Below, piece after piece: positions 13,401 to 26,610 of a stretch of 64,000 bases of DNA. The notes beneath the pieces were generated by a model that did not search any database, was not told the DNA's origin, and saw nothing but the letters and a program-made list of their open reading frames with translations. This DNA comes from Stylophora pistillata (Eukaryota), in contig NW_019217843.1 of assembly GCF_002571385.2 (NCBI RefSeq), positions 664,796 to 728,795 of the forward strand, written 5' to 3'. Each line of letters begins with the position of its first letter. Positions within the stretch are counted from its first letter, which is position 1. Made by a program: the position numbers and the translations under genes.

Positions 13401-13877
13401 TGTTGCATAGCGTCGAACTCGCAAATTGTGGTTCTGTGATAAGTTGGTGGTGCGATCAGCCAGATGAGTATTTTTTGCTGCTTCCTTCAGCTGTCGTGAA
13501 ACTGGTTTTCTTCTGATCCACGGTTTTGAAATGCTTTTCACTTTCTGCGGGCGTTTTTTTGACATACGTTCGGCCGTTTGTCGAACTTGTAAACTGCTGT
13601 CGAAGTCCTAGGATCGGTTCAATAAAATTAGTGTGAGATGATGTGGCGCGTGTCAAGGACATACGACCTATTGCCATCTCCCTTACGCTCAATGAGTAAC
13701 AGATAACTGACCTCTTTCAGTTCAGTGTTTAAGACTAGTAAACATCATGATACTTGCCTCGAATGATGGAGGTTGTCTTTTAGATACAAATTTCCTTGAG
13801 GTGTGTGGCCTTGTGTCGCATTCGCTTAGGAGCGTCGTCAATAAAATCAGTGCCACTTGATAAAATATACACTCCAT
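7436..13877 (-). CDS. Matrix metalloproteinase, MMP21-like (signal peptide, atypical prodomain, M10A catalytic domain, hemopexin domain; ~480 aa, 4 exons)
   Basis: Exons 13877-13758, 13607-13229, 11714-11388, 8052-7436; total 1443 nt. Intron 1 is GC-AG. Furin site RVRR; structural-Zn region HNDSLPFDGPG..AHAF..GDVHFD; catalytic HEIGHSLGLKH; Met-turn SIMWP. The hemopexin domain follows without a hinge (GKC..NIFDW...FFNICDI*), resembling vertebrate MMP21 (GSC..AFDW...WFDVCDV). Confidence 0.9.
8262..10665. mobile_element. Non-autonomous Kolobok-like DNA transposon with long imperfect TIRs and TTAA flanks, in MMP intron 3
   Basis: Left end TTAA|GAGCAAATCCGTGCAAAAATCAAACA; right end reverse-complements to TTAA|AGCAGACCCGTGCAAGAATCAAACA. 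Subterminal inverted block GGTCATGATTCACT(C/T)GACTCG...AAAAC(A/T)ACTGCGCT at ~8459-8513 and ~10381-10436. Confidence 0.75.
9476..9880 (+). mobile_element. 5'-truncated CR1/L2-type LINE 3' end nested in the DNA transposon
   Basis: Encodes an ORF2 C-terminus (PKFTGPRVWNSLPTSITNSNSLRIFRKALKNSILNSYSF*), then a 3'UTR with hairpin GGTCATCCA...TGGATGATC and a (CTT)n tail. Confidence 0.75.
11781..12197. mobile_element. MITE in MMP intron 2 (related copy at 59057-59425)
   Basis: Terminal inverted repeat CGAAGCTTCAACATC ... GATGTTGAAGCTTCG. Internal blocks TTTGAACTTTT(A/G)AAGAT, AAAAGGC(G/A)A(A/G)ATCAGC and GAAAGACTTGACA(C/G)TTCCAGT are shared with the 59-kb copy. Confidence 0.75.
13031..13060. repeat. 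(TA)n microsatellite
   Basis: TATATATATATATATATATATATAGATATA. Confidence 0.9.
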
Positions 13878-16800
13878 CTTTTCAGTGTTGTCAGTCGGTT
13901 TTGTGTTCTTCGTGTGATCGGCACGGTTGTCTCTGCAATATTGACGAATCAGTTGTTATCGTAAGTATAAGTTGCCTGTGTTGTGCAGTATAAAGTTACA
14001 CACCACTCATATTACACCGGAAATCTCTGCTGGCGGGAAACTCTCCCATTGATAATGGATTAATCATCTTTGTTTGCTTGTGTGTAGCGTATAACTACAG
14101 AGAAATTCTGCCAATACGCATTAGGAAAACAAAAATAAAAATCGAGAAAAAAAAAAAAGAAAAAAAAAGATATATCAATGCTTTAGATTAGCCTTTCTCT
14201 AATATGGCTTTCCTTCACTGTCTTAGACGCAAATTTTGCTATGTCACCTTCAACTCCACCACTTTTAATACAATCGTTGTACCCCTACACGATGTCACCG
14301 TCTCGAGCCAGGCGATCATTGTGTATGTGTGTTTAATATGAAAAAGAACTTCCTTCCGCGCCGGAACTTCTTTTTTCAGATGTGGGATCTACGTAAGAGA
14401 GCTATTGGAAATTGTTAAATCCGATCAAAAATTAGTTTCATCATTTGAAAAGAAAAAGACCTGTATTCGCTGACATTGCTCCAGAAATTCTTGTAAATGT
14501 AACTAATGGACAGTCTTTCACCGTGTGTGATTTATTTACGTGTGGGGTATACAGGATATACGTCAGAAAGCAACATCAGGAAAAAGAGAGAGGGAAAAAA
14601 ACATAAAACCAAACTTCGAGAGACGAAATGATAGAAGGGAGAAATAAAATGAACATTGTCACTAAAGCTTTGTTATACCATCATGTAGTCAAACACAAAG
14701 ATGGACTAACATTTACAAATGAATAGTTTCGTTTTAAAAAGGTGAAGACTTTGCTTATTTACAGGATTTGTGGGAAGCATGCCGGTCGCCCGGTCTCCAC
14801 CGCACCGGAACTATGTAACGAACGTGATCAGACCCAAATATTTACATTCTGCTATGTTCTAGGGTCTGACTGTCAGAATGGCAGAATGAATGATTGAATG
14901 GTATGTCAAAGGACTTCCCATCAATCAGCAAGCCTTTTTACAGTATTTTAACTTTGTTTTATATCGGCCGCACAGTATTCAACTCTAGTAAAAACGGAAT
15001 TGCCACAAAAATGTACGGAAAAGTCCGACAATTACAAGATTATTCCTGTATTTCGCTCGGCGGAAATACAAAAAATTTTGGAACTCTCTAAGTCTACATG
15101 ATATCTGCCTCAGGCTTAAAAGTCTTTGCCTCTAAACAATACGATGCTTTGTCATTTTCATCGTTTTGCATGAAGATTTCATTCATAATCCGCAATTTTT
15201 TTACGCAACACTGTCAAAGAACAAAAGGCTAAGTTATCCAAAAATTCCTTTCTTAAGTCCTTTTGTTTGAAAATTGAATTAATCATTATTCCCTCTCCAA
15301 ATCTTCCTTCATTCACAAAAAAAAAAAAAAAAATTACCCAATCACTTAACCTACTGGCACCACTTAAAACGCATACGTAACAAACATTGGCAACATTCGT
15401 TGGTGTTAAGCCAATAACTTCTCGGAAGAAAAAACCAGTTAACAAAACATTTCTTCTCTAAAAGTCAAAATAATTTGATCCCCTTGGATTACTAGCCTTT
15501 GTACCTTATTTGCAAAATATGCCGGCCGGCATGTTCATCAGTTTGCTGAAGCTCAACTCTTCTGGGGAAAATTGAAAGAACAGGCATTTTGAAGGTCCAG
15601 GAGAGCATTTAACCAATGCAATGACGTGGGTCAACACTTAGGCAGGCAAGCATTACTTTTCAACATGCCATATTGCCTTTTAAATAACATTTTCGTGAGT
15701 TGAAAAACGTTTATAAATTCCCTCACGCATCGTTTCCTGAAAGGGTTCAACCACATGTAAACAAACTGGGCAAAGTCGAACTGGTTGCTTGAAAGATTTT
15801 TGCTCAGTAAAACATTACGACTAATTATTCAGTACTTTAAAAACATTTTTAAGCATCAGTTGTTCGCCCACGCTTAGGAATGCATTATGAAAGAAGAAAA
15901 GGGAAGCTAGTTTAAATTATCGCCAGCTTTTCATTTGAAAAACGCTTTAGAAAGTAAATTTGAAAGGGATTGATATTTTTTTCAGCGTAAAAAACCACAG
16001 TATATTGCAAGCTTACTTTAGCAGTTCAAGTTACTCCAGTCCAGGCTGAGAAACCGGGGAGATCAACAAAAAATGAGAAGAAAAGACTGAAAATTGCTGG
16101 TAAACGTTAAGTCAGGGTAACTTGAGTCCGCCAGCATTGGAAGTTTCCCGGGCTTAAAGACAAATAATGTGGTGCACTGACCAGACATCTCGATTTCTCT
16201 GTATAAATAGCGCCATTGCTATTTAAATCCCGTTTTCATTTTTAAAGAACTTTTACGGTTTCCAGCAGCAAAAACTGAGTGCTTATAAGAGTTCGTTAAG
16301 TTAATTGAATTTAAGAAACGGTCGTACATAAGTTTTAAGTTCAAGCCTAATTTCAGTGCAAATTGGCAACGTCCTGATATACTTCAAGGAATTAATGTCG
16401 CGCCACTGTTAAGTTTGGCGGGAATATTAAGAGGTAATACGTTAAGAGATGGAATCCGCTATGTTCTGATACCTTCCGGTCACAAATACCGAATTAATTG
16501 ATTAAAAGATAAAAGATACCTCTTGTTGATTCCAACAGGTACGAAAGCTATTTCCTCTATAGCAGTATAACATCAAAACAACCACACGCGGTTTGTTAGT
16601 AGTTAGCACTTCAGCGAATCGTACCACGCGACAGTTTGCTATTTTTAACAAAACTTTTTAAGATATGTTTACAAACAAAAGGCTGCTCATGCGATTAAGA
16701 CACGTGATACGAGTTCTGAGCTATGTTACATCCGTACGTCCCCAATATGTCCGTACGTCTTTTACGCGAATTAAAGGAAATTTGCTAAGTGCTAATTTTA

Positions 16801-18899
16801 GACCAAGGACAGTCAAAAAGACCTGAATAAGATGCAGAGTATGTTTGGGACACTAGAACAGAAAAGTCTTAACAAAGGTAAGGAAATCGACTAAGGTGGT
16901 CAGTCAGCGGAATCGTGAGTATTGGCCATCGCGTGAGAAGCAAATTGATACCATCGGTGATCCTTGAAACACAACACACATACCATAATTCAAACGTTAA
17001 TTGGCACCTAGGCCGATAGGTTCTTAGGTACCCAGCTGAGGAATGCAGCTATAAGAGTCAAAAATAGTGCTTCAAACACGTAGCAACATGAAGCGACACT
17101 GCCATTTTGGCTCAAAACTCTTGTTGAGCGCACAAGTGGTTTTTGATGATAAGATGTTAATAAATCCATTTGGCAAGTACGTTAGATGGAACCTCACCGC
17201 CTTGAACAAGTTCCGTTCTTACGAATAAGTGTTTCTTTCAAGTTGAAATACCCTTAACTTAACCGCACTCTTTTTAGGTAGTCATCCAATCCATTAAAAC
17301 GCACATTCCTGAATTTTCCTCAAATTTTATCATCGACTCTTTAATCTTTTTAACTATAAATTGAATCAATCGAGTTTCCTACACAAACTGCCCTAGAACG
17401 ATCAAAGTTGTTCTTTCCATACTCCGAGAGAGATGGCGCATACTTTTAAGTAAAAGGCATTAAACTTCTTGGGATTCTGAGAAGTTTATCAGGCTCTCTA
17501 AGCACCGGTGAATTAATTGATCGAGCTGAAGGCGACACAGCATGTTAAGTTATAACTAATAACAAGAGTATTATGGGTGCTACCATATGATGAGTTCCGC
17601 CGCATAAGAACAAGGATGTTCTGTTTATTTTCAGTCCGTTTCCAATTTTCTTACCTATTACAAGTTCACTCACTGACCTAAAGGTATCATTTAATGAGAA
17701 TAAAGCATTATTTGAGAAAGTTCAAGTTCACGTCTTGATAAAGTTCAATCAAGTTAGTAGTCATCATGCGAGTCACTCACGGTCAGTTACGGCGGGTCTA
17801 AAAAGATAACATCTGGTTAACGCACCTTTGATAACTTCAGTATGTGTTGGTCTTAGGTTTGGCCAAATTTGAATTTCAACAGGGTTGTTGTCTAGAGTTA
17901 ATAAGCGCTAGTGTCAGTATAAAAAATTTTCCTTGTCCGCATTGAAGTTGATGAAATGTTCTACAATCAAAACCTCCTACTAGCATTATGGGTAAACTCT
18001 AGAGTCTTCCAGAGAACACCGGCCTGTTTATTAGAATAATGATATTCATAAAATCCATGTTGTCAAATTATCTCTAGAAGAGTTTCAAAACACGAAAACT
18101 AACGGGTGCTATGAATGATGACTCGCACACTACATTATGCAATTCTTTTAAAAGTACTTATGTCAACTGCTGACATGTGCTGCTTAAAGTTTGGGATGAA
18201 GTTATGCCGTCTTTAATGAGGTAATGTAAGGAAATACAAGAAATTTACTTTGTGGTCATTCATTTGAAGGTTACAAGCATTTGGCTTCATTGCAAGGATT
18301 ATTATTTTTCTATCTATTCATGCTATATGAGGGACGATATCCTGCACAAGCGCTCAGGGCCAGAAGGGCAGCATTGAAAACTCATCCGATCTTTCCTCAA
18401 CTCGTTCATATCTTAAGCTTCGTCAGGATTGAACTTCGTTCATCATGTTCCCGCCCCACATAGTTATATTAAGACTGTTGTGCTATACAGCTCTCTAGAT
18501 TTTAATTGTGAGGATTGTGAGGTTGCACGCAACTGCCTCACTGAGATCAATTAGAACATATTTATCAGCTAGTATTTCTGTTTTGGTTGATAGTAAAACA
18601 ATCTTCGAGAATTCTCCAACATGCATGACGCAAATTACTGAGCCTCTTCATGGGTGTTCATTTTTATGACATTTGTTAAGAAAAGAAGAACAAATTTAAA
18701 AAACAGAATAGGAGAGAAAAAAGTGAAGTTTGTCTAACTTTAAACAACCTTACCTCAAGATAGTGGTTTTAACGCAGATTATCAAACTGCTCTCACCTAG
18801 TTTTCCGTCTTCTGATAATATGTTATTTTCCTGGATTGAGCTTCCATTTAAGCATTTATTGGCGCGCGTAAGCTGATCACATGTAAAGTTGCGTTAAAC

Positions 18900-19414
18900 G
18901 AATAGAAATACATATTCAGTTTTAAATTTAAGCGATCAATTATCGACCGCATGTCTATTGGATTATAGACACTCCATTTATGTAATTAGCGATCAATTTC
19001 CGTACGTTAATATGAACAAGAGCTTTCTTCCTGTCCGGAAATGTTTATCATAGTCGATTAGATACCGTACACAAAATCTGATCAACCCGTCAGTTTAATT
19101 ATAGAGATTTAGATAGCAAAAGGCGTATGCTCATTTAATTTGCGAAAATATTGCGCAAGTCAGTTTAGATTCTCGTTCAAATCCCTAGCAGGGTCAAAAC
19201 AATGAATATAAAGGTTAAGTAAAGAACGTTTTTTTAGACTGTTCATGAGAAGTTTTGGCCCCTTAATTAGTTTCCAAGTTTGTGGAATTGAAGCCATCAA
19301 GGCTTTCGAAAGAAATTTTTTTCCTAGAAATCGCCCGGAGTTAAGTTTGAAAGCTAGACAGGCAAACCCTGCAAAAAAAAAGAAAAACGTTACTGCGTTG
19401 GTAAGATGTAACAA
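18900..19414 (-). mobile_element. Highly decayed L1/Tx1-like ORF2 3' fragment
   Basis: The minus-strand translation has KFLSKALMASIPQTWKLIK...LNLYIH, like the 'ISAIPxxWK' region of Tx1-type ORF2, followed by stops and frameshifts. Confidence 0.4.
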
Positions 19415-22400
19415 GAAAGAGTATCCTAATAAATGTAACAGTACATTTAAGGTCAGACATTTAGTTCATGTTACACCAGACGACTTTTTACAGAACAATG
19501 AAATAAAAAGTGCGAGCACTGTTAAGAAATGTGTACTGTTCATAAAGTAGCAACAAAAAGAAGAGGGACTTAAAAAATATCACCATCGACGAAGATAGAG
19601 CTGATAATTTTTTACAAAAGAGCCCATTACATTAAACCTACTCTAAAGTCCTCACAGGGGAGGGTTGCCATTTCTACAGGCTGAAAATTATAACGGTTCT
19701 ACAAAGCACTTTAAACATCGATTTTTTGGAGCCAGTGTTATAACTGTAACAAAACTAGATTTCCAACAATCTTGTTGTTTCTGCGGCGAATTATTCCGTA
19801 TGAAGAGAAATGCGGTGACGCTTTTACAAGGACCATTAAGGAACATCTCAGAATTTGAAGGACGTGCAAAGACTCTTCCAAAATGTTTCTCATGATTCCT
19901 ATCGCCTATTACGTGAAAGGGAAAGATACTGAGTCATGTGAAATTTCTTCCTGTTATGATCAAAGACCAGATGTTTTTCTCTTTTAGGACTTCTTATACT
20001 TTCCAACTCAGTAAACGGGTAGTCACAGGGGTTTAAATTGTCGGAAAAGTGCATTTTAGTGAAACTTTGAATCGAAGAGCATAGAATGTGTGGAAAATGC
20101 GTGGGTTAAATGGAACCTAAACTATTTCGTGCATTCATTAAAAAAATCTTTTTTTATGTAAACGCAAAGGTAAAATAATAAACAAATGTTACAGAAAACG
20201 TAACATTTCTGTTAAAATCATCTCTTTGAAGGATTGTAAATCCAAATCATTTGAAACGAAAAAACGCTTTAGGCGAAATAAAAAATTTTGTAGGGAAACT
20301 AAACACAAAATTGCTTGATAATCAACCTTCCTGAAAAACGGAAACATAGATAGCAAAAAAGACATCGAAATTGTATTCATTACGTGCGGGATTTTTTTTC
20401 TTTATACGCCATTATAATTTCAAATAAGCTCATCCTCTTGCACTACATGTTGCGTTAACTATTGACAAGGTTTCGATGTTGTTTCCAAAGAAAATATAAA
20501 CACTAAGGAGTGAGTAGTCATTCTCGAAGCTCGTGCAGGAAAACCGTTCAATCGAAGGTTGCTCAAGTCCTAGGTTCTTTCGACTCTCAGTCGCTAGGGG
20601 CAAGGATTGATAGAGTAGTGACAAGCTCGCCTGATGCTGGATAGAGATTGACCTGCTATTTCCTTGGCCAGGTCTGCCCGCAATATCAACTTTTACTCAA
20701 AATTAATAATTAGGCCTCCACTAAAAAATAACTTAATCGCTGCAAGAAGATAAGCTCAGTTAGTTTTTTTTTTTTATTGAGTTCTGAGATTTAGGTTACA
20801 GAACTCACTTTCCACTGGGTTTGATTTTTTGCGAAATGCCAAATGTTTCCATCCAAACATTTTACCCGAGGGTGATTTTAACGAAGTCGGCCAAACATTT
20901 AATAAATACTATGAACAAAAGGAATTTTTTGACTTTGAGGTTTATTGAGAAAAAATTCAGTTAGTAACATTTATTTGAAGGCATGCGAAACCAGTTGGCC
21001 CGTATACTGAAAATAACTATTCCACTTAGGATGATCAAGTGATCTCCATGTAAATTTACCCATACGATCAGTTTCAGCTAAAATATCTTACCCATTACTG
21101 ACTCTGTTTGATTACGTGATAAAAGATATTTTACCCTTGAAAACTTACTCACGTTATTCTTCACTTTACATTAAATTACATTACATTACAGGGAGAGATC
21201 TAATAGATGGATGGATTAGATGGATGCTTTAGGAAGAGCTATTACTATCCTTCTACGTTATAATTCTACGTAACACTATATTTCCCAACCCTGAGGTGAA
21301 TTATAATTATCTTTTTACACCCTTTAGGTTAAATAACTAGCTGATAAAAAAATTGCCTGAAAAACTGACAATATGTCAAAATGTGGCCGGAAAATTAAGC
21401 AGGTCAAAAAATTGTACTCCCGCTCTCTTGAATAAGGAGAAATTTTGAACTCTTTCCCTGAACTTCCCGGGAGTCATATCTTCAGTGAGTGAAACAGAGC
21501 TGCGAAATATTGGGAGCAAAATGTTGAATCAATGTTTAACCGTTGTTTAACAGGACTGCGTAATAACCCATTTCAGTTTATCCCTAAGTTAATTTATAAG
21601 TTCCTTTTTTGAAAAATGACCGGCCATAGCTGTTTCTCATTTTCCTCTTAGAGTACTTGACATTTCACCGAAACCCTGGAACGTCTCAGGACATGACATT
21701 GGAAAGATTAGTTAAGTATCATTGAATTAAAAATGTAGAGAGAGAATTTGAAATAAATCGATAATATCTGTTTCCTCTCGGGATATCTGTCAGAGAAACG
21801 ATTAGCCATTTGACTGAGCCTCGGCTTTCCGGAGATAATAAAACTTGGTCAATTTCCTCTGAGCCAGCCAATGAGCGCGCACGAAAAGAACTCTTCACGT
21901 GTGTGATTTATATTGAAATGACATATCAACCCAAGATTCTCTGGAAATTTCTTTTAAATTTAGTTACGTGTCCTTTTTTTGGGAGGGGGTGGAGTGGTAA
22001 GGGAGAGGGAGAGTGACTTATGGCCAAATTCCGATCATACTGATGAAATCTGCCACGGAGAAGCTACGCAATATAAAATAAGCGGAATATAATGTACCAA
22101 ATGGCGAACTGGATGAATTGGGCAGTTTCAAAACAACATCAGAAAAATAAAAGCACGGTTCAATTTTCTACTTTATACAAACAATTCCCGCTGTAACTTG
22201 TCAATTGGCCTTTCAATGCAATGGTCATCGCAAAAACTGATCGGCTTGGAGTCAAGCAACTTGAGAGATCACCTGTCTCTAAACGGGTTTTCTTGATTAA
22301 ATTAACCCTGATACCGCTATTCCTTTTCAGCGTCAAGTTGTCTTTCCCTCTGAGCTTGTTTCTACGCACTTAGAGACTTAGTAACATGTTTGATCTTCCC

Positions 22401-25175
22401 TGGGTTACCTTGGGGCGCTTGATTGGAAATAGGGCTCCATGACCAACAGCTGTCCGGTGCTGAGTCAACTTGGTGTGTATTTTGAATTTATCTCCAACTA
22501 CTTCATTTTCTGAGATAGAATTGGCACCTTAATGATGCCTTGACAATACAATTCACCAAATCAAAGTGTTGCGTAATCTTTGATATGGCGGAAACGAATG
22601 CATGCTCCGCACAACTATAAATGGAACAAGTGTCTGTGTGTGCCTTCTGGCGCCAGCTGACTTTCTCTGGGGAAGAGCATAATCAAGAGAGATAATTTGT
22701 GCACTTTTCCGGTACGATAGTTATTTCCTGTAAGAGTCAGTATGCAGCACCATAGCGGCCACACACGGTATGTTATCTTAATGACACCACAAACCCCAAC
22801 TCCCGTTACGTTTCTCACGCAGAGTTGGTAAAAGAGCTTTTTTGTGGTTTCTTTTACGCGAGTATGGAACTAACCTTTGTTTAGAGAAAAACACAAATAC
22901 TCGTTATATGCCACCTTTCCGACTCATGATAGATAAAGCATGATTTTACTGGCCGAGCAAAACGTGGAATAAACTACAAGAATCTGAAGTAAAGATATCG
23001 AAGTGGACTTTGACTGAGTCATGTCATTGCGTGATGAGCACAGGCGGCAGTGCTTTGAGACACTTCACACCAAACCTTATCTGTTAATTAGCATCTTAAC
23101 TGAACCGTTTTTGGAACTGCTTTCCACTATTTTCGTACCATACCACACATTTTCTCTTGGTCTGTGCCAAGCACGGGGTTTGCGTCGGGGACAGGGGAAA
23201 ACGCTTATTAACAAAAAAGAAAAGAATTATAAAGCCTTAATAGTCAATGACAACTGAACTGGAACTTTGAACTTCAAAGTGAACGTAAATCAGGAACTGC
23301 ATATTCATCAACGATTTTCGGCTGTTAAAAATCAGAAAAATGTTGCAAAAATCAACCAATATCTCTAGAAATGTTCAGAAACAAAACGTTGCCAATTCAG
23401 TTGTTTATATTTACCGAGGTGATTGGTTAGGTATTGACTGAGTGTCTTTGAGCAAAGTTTTGATATCTAGAGAGATGAACCAACGCCTACCTTCAAAAAA
23501 TAGGATATTTCCGTTTTACCCACAGGATGCGACCATAAAAAGTAAACACTTTCCGGTACTCTCTTTTTTTGTAAGAACGTCTAATTTTGGTGCTCAGGCT
23601 GAACTTTCTTTTCTTTTTTTTTTCGCGAACTGAGCCAAAAAAACGTTCTTAATATGTTTTTTAAGTTATGCGGTGATCAATCAGTTTGGTGACCAGAAAA
23701 GGCATTATTGGAGTGCCGGGATAGGACTTTATCTACATAATCTTGCCCGGGGGGACTTAAAAGGTCTTCAAACTGAGCATCGATTAACGAATAACTTCTG
23801 ATCATCGGAACCTAATTTCCGATGTGAGAACTCACCGCAAGCAAAATGGTACCAAAGTCAATCGGCATACGGTTCACTAAAATTGAAGGGAAATGAAGTT
23901 CTTTTTCAACATTCTCTTGCCGATGGAATGTTTGAAAGTTGTTGAAAAGAGCATCAACTGACGAAAGGCACCCCTTGTCTTCCGTAGACCTCAGCGGAGA
24001 CCTTGTGTTTACATTGACCTCTGTAACCCGACCTTCCGCCCCCTGTCTACATATCCATCATACCCAGCGACGAAAAAAATCTAGGTGGCAAAAATTTAGC
24101 GTTGCTGTTTATGAGTTCCTTATGTGTCAGTCACCAGGATTTAAGCAGAATGCACTATTATCAAAGAAAAAATTTAAATTGAGATCTTTTTCTATCCATG
24201 AGTAGAACGCGAGTGGACCATCAGGCAACAGAGGGGTTCTAGGTTTTGGGTTCCGGCGAGTCAAGGATCGTCAAGTCCGAGAAACTTGTTATTAGCCATT
24301 TATTCTCCCTAAAAAGAGAAGCGGAAAAAGCATAAAGATCGACGAATGTTCTGTTGGAGTTCAGAAGTTAACAGCTTTCTGCTTGCTAAACTTCTATGCC
24401 AAAAGAGCCGATTTGTGATTTGCATGACTACCCGTCCATCTCTTGCCGATAATGATCACGATAACGGATGTAATTAATCGGCGAGATATCACGTGTCAAT
24501 GCCGCTTCTCATCAAAAGAGACTTGTTTCCCGCACATCAGTTCTCTTTTACTACTGCCTCTTTTTCTGAGTCAAAACTTTTAGCATAATTGAGAAAGAAT
24601 GAGCGATTGTTGTATTAAGAAAGGAAATTCATTTCATAACGTAGATGGGGTAAAATAGGAGATCTAGGTTAATTCTCGGATCATGAATATTTCCGTTTCG
24701 TGCAAAGTGGTACGAGCGCGGTCTTACCACTAATTTCCGCTGGAAATAGTTTTAACCGCGAAGTTAAATTAATCCACTAGCCGAGAACGAGTGAAACCAT
24801 GAGACAAGCCAAGAAACCATTAACAAATCATGAATCGCATCCATTTTCTCGCAAATAACAGAACCTTTGTCAGTCTGAATTCCGCGTTCTGTTACTAATT
24901 ATCATAAATAATATAATCCTCAAGTATTCTCTTTCCTTGCACTCCGCCTCCACCCCTCCCCCCGCTACTTTTTCTAGGTGTTCTGGAAACGCACATGAAA
25001 GATGAAGAATTCAAATAAATGTTGTTCACTTGAACAGATTTTTGTCTAGCGGAAAACTGAAAAATAATCTTGAATTTAGCGCCAATCTATTTTGTACAAA
25101 AATTAAAAACAATTTCAGAAAGGGGGAGGGGGGAAGCAAGACAATAGATTTAGCTGAGTGACAGTTTATGCACAA

Positions 25176-25505
25176 GACTTGGCTGTACCATTCAACTTTG
25201 CTATAAGACGCAGACTTTTTTCAGAGATGCAACAATTACAAAGTATACGCGGACATGAAATCGGGTGTACACCGAGACCAAATTCAGGCTCTGAGCTTCC
25301 TAAAATGACGGTAACTTATCACTTTCACGTTATAAACAACCCTTAGGGTTGTCTTTATTTGCCAATCAGTAAGTTCATGGGACTTGGCTGTACCATTTAA
25401 CTTAACTGTAAGAAGCAGAATTTTTTTTCAGAGATGCAGTAATTAAAAGGTAAATGAGACGAACTTCAGGAACTGATGAGCTTTCCAAAATGACGATAAC
25501 TTATC
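25176..25505. repeat. Diverged direct repeat pair (~125-145 bp)
   Basis: GACTTGGCTGTACCATT...TTTTTTCAGAGATGCA...AAAATGACG(G/A)TAACTTATC at 25176-25320 and 25381-25505. Confidence 0.85.
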
Positions 25506-26532
25506 GCGAACATAACTTGTTCGCCATGTGTTAAATCGTCTGTGATAAAACTAACTTCCTTTAATTTACGTAGAAATTGAAGACTGAATGCTCGTGGTTT
25601 AAGTAGAGACATGAAAGAAAAAGAAAAGTCGAGCCAGATGACCCATACATCTTGTGTATTTTGTGAATATGTAAGCCTATCGTAAACACAAAACATACCA
25701 TGTCTCAATTTGAGTTCTATCTGAGATCTAACCGCCAACATTAACTGAATCCAGCGATGGTTATGCACTTCACGGCGACTTTCCTTTCTGGCAATTTAGC
25801 AGATTAAGGATGGAGGCTTTTACATAACCCTCTTTCATGAAACAAAGCCTACATTGGGCGAAAACTCGAGAGGTCCTCTCTTGGATTTTTAATGATTATA
25901 GGAAAACAATAAATGCTACAGGTTTTAAGGTTGTCGATAAGAGTACTGAGGGCCAAGCGAGTCGACTAGGTATGTAAAGTAAAAGGATACGCTCCTAGTT
26001 TGTCCCATGTCGTGTTTGCAAACCACCATTTTCCTCGCGATCGCTATTAGTGCGTTAACATGACTTTTAACTGCCAATCAGAAATGAAGAAAATACAATA
26101 AAGAGCCTATAAAGTTTCAGAATCTTGAAACAAGGGAAATCTTTAAAGCGGTAAAACACAAGTCGCAATACTCGAAGTTGGTTTTAAGTTTGGATCTGAT
26201 TGGTTGGGGGAATAACGGAAACTTTCTGGACCAATCGAAAATCCCATCCCTATCAAGAAATCACAGTCCTTCAATAGAAAAATAAAAGCAATTAGAAAGG
26301 CGGATGATAAGAAACACCCACATCCAGCAAACAAGGATCTTACCCAGGAGTTTAAGTCGGTTGCAGTTCTTTTTAATGGCCACAAAAACTACAATCATAA
26401 AGTTTATGACTGATTAAGCCAGAACAGTGTACTGAGATATAACTTGAATTTCTGTTAAAACTTCTTTTTTTGTTCTTAAGTTTCATAATCATTTAGATAA
26501 GTCCGTTAAGTATCTTCAGAGTTACACAATCC

Positions 26533-26610
26533 TTTTTTTTTCTTATGAGGCCATCTCTTTTTCTTTCTTATGAGGCCATCTCTTTTTCTCTTTTATGAGG
26601 CCATCTCTTT
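26533..26610. repeat. Three-copy ~26-bp tandem repeat spanning the KANSL3 stop codon
   Basis: TTATGAGGCCATCTCTTT x3; on the minus strand this reads AAA GAG ATG GCC TCA TAA (KEMAS*). Confidence 0.9.

Noticed and set aside
14000-26500. Hidden protein-coding gene in the 12-kb spacer
   Set aside because: Only short ORFs, with no recognisable domains or consistent exon chain. A non-coding or micro-exon gene cannot be excluded without RNA data.
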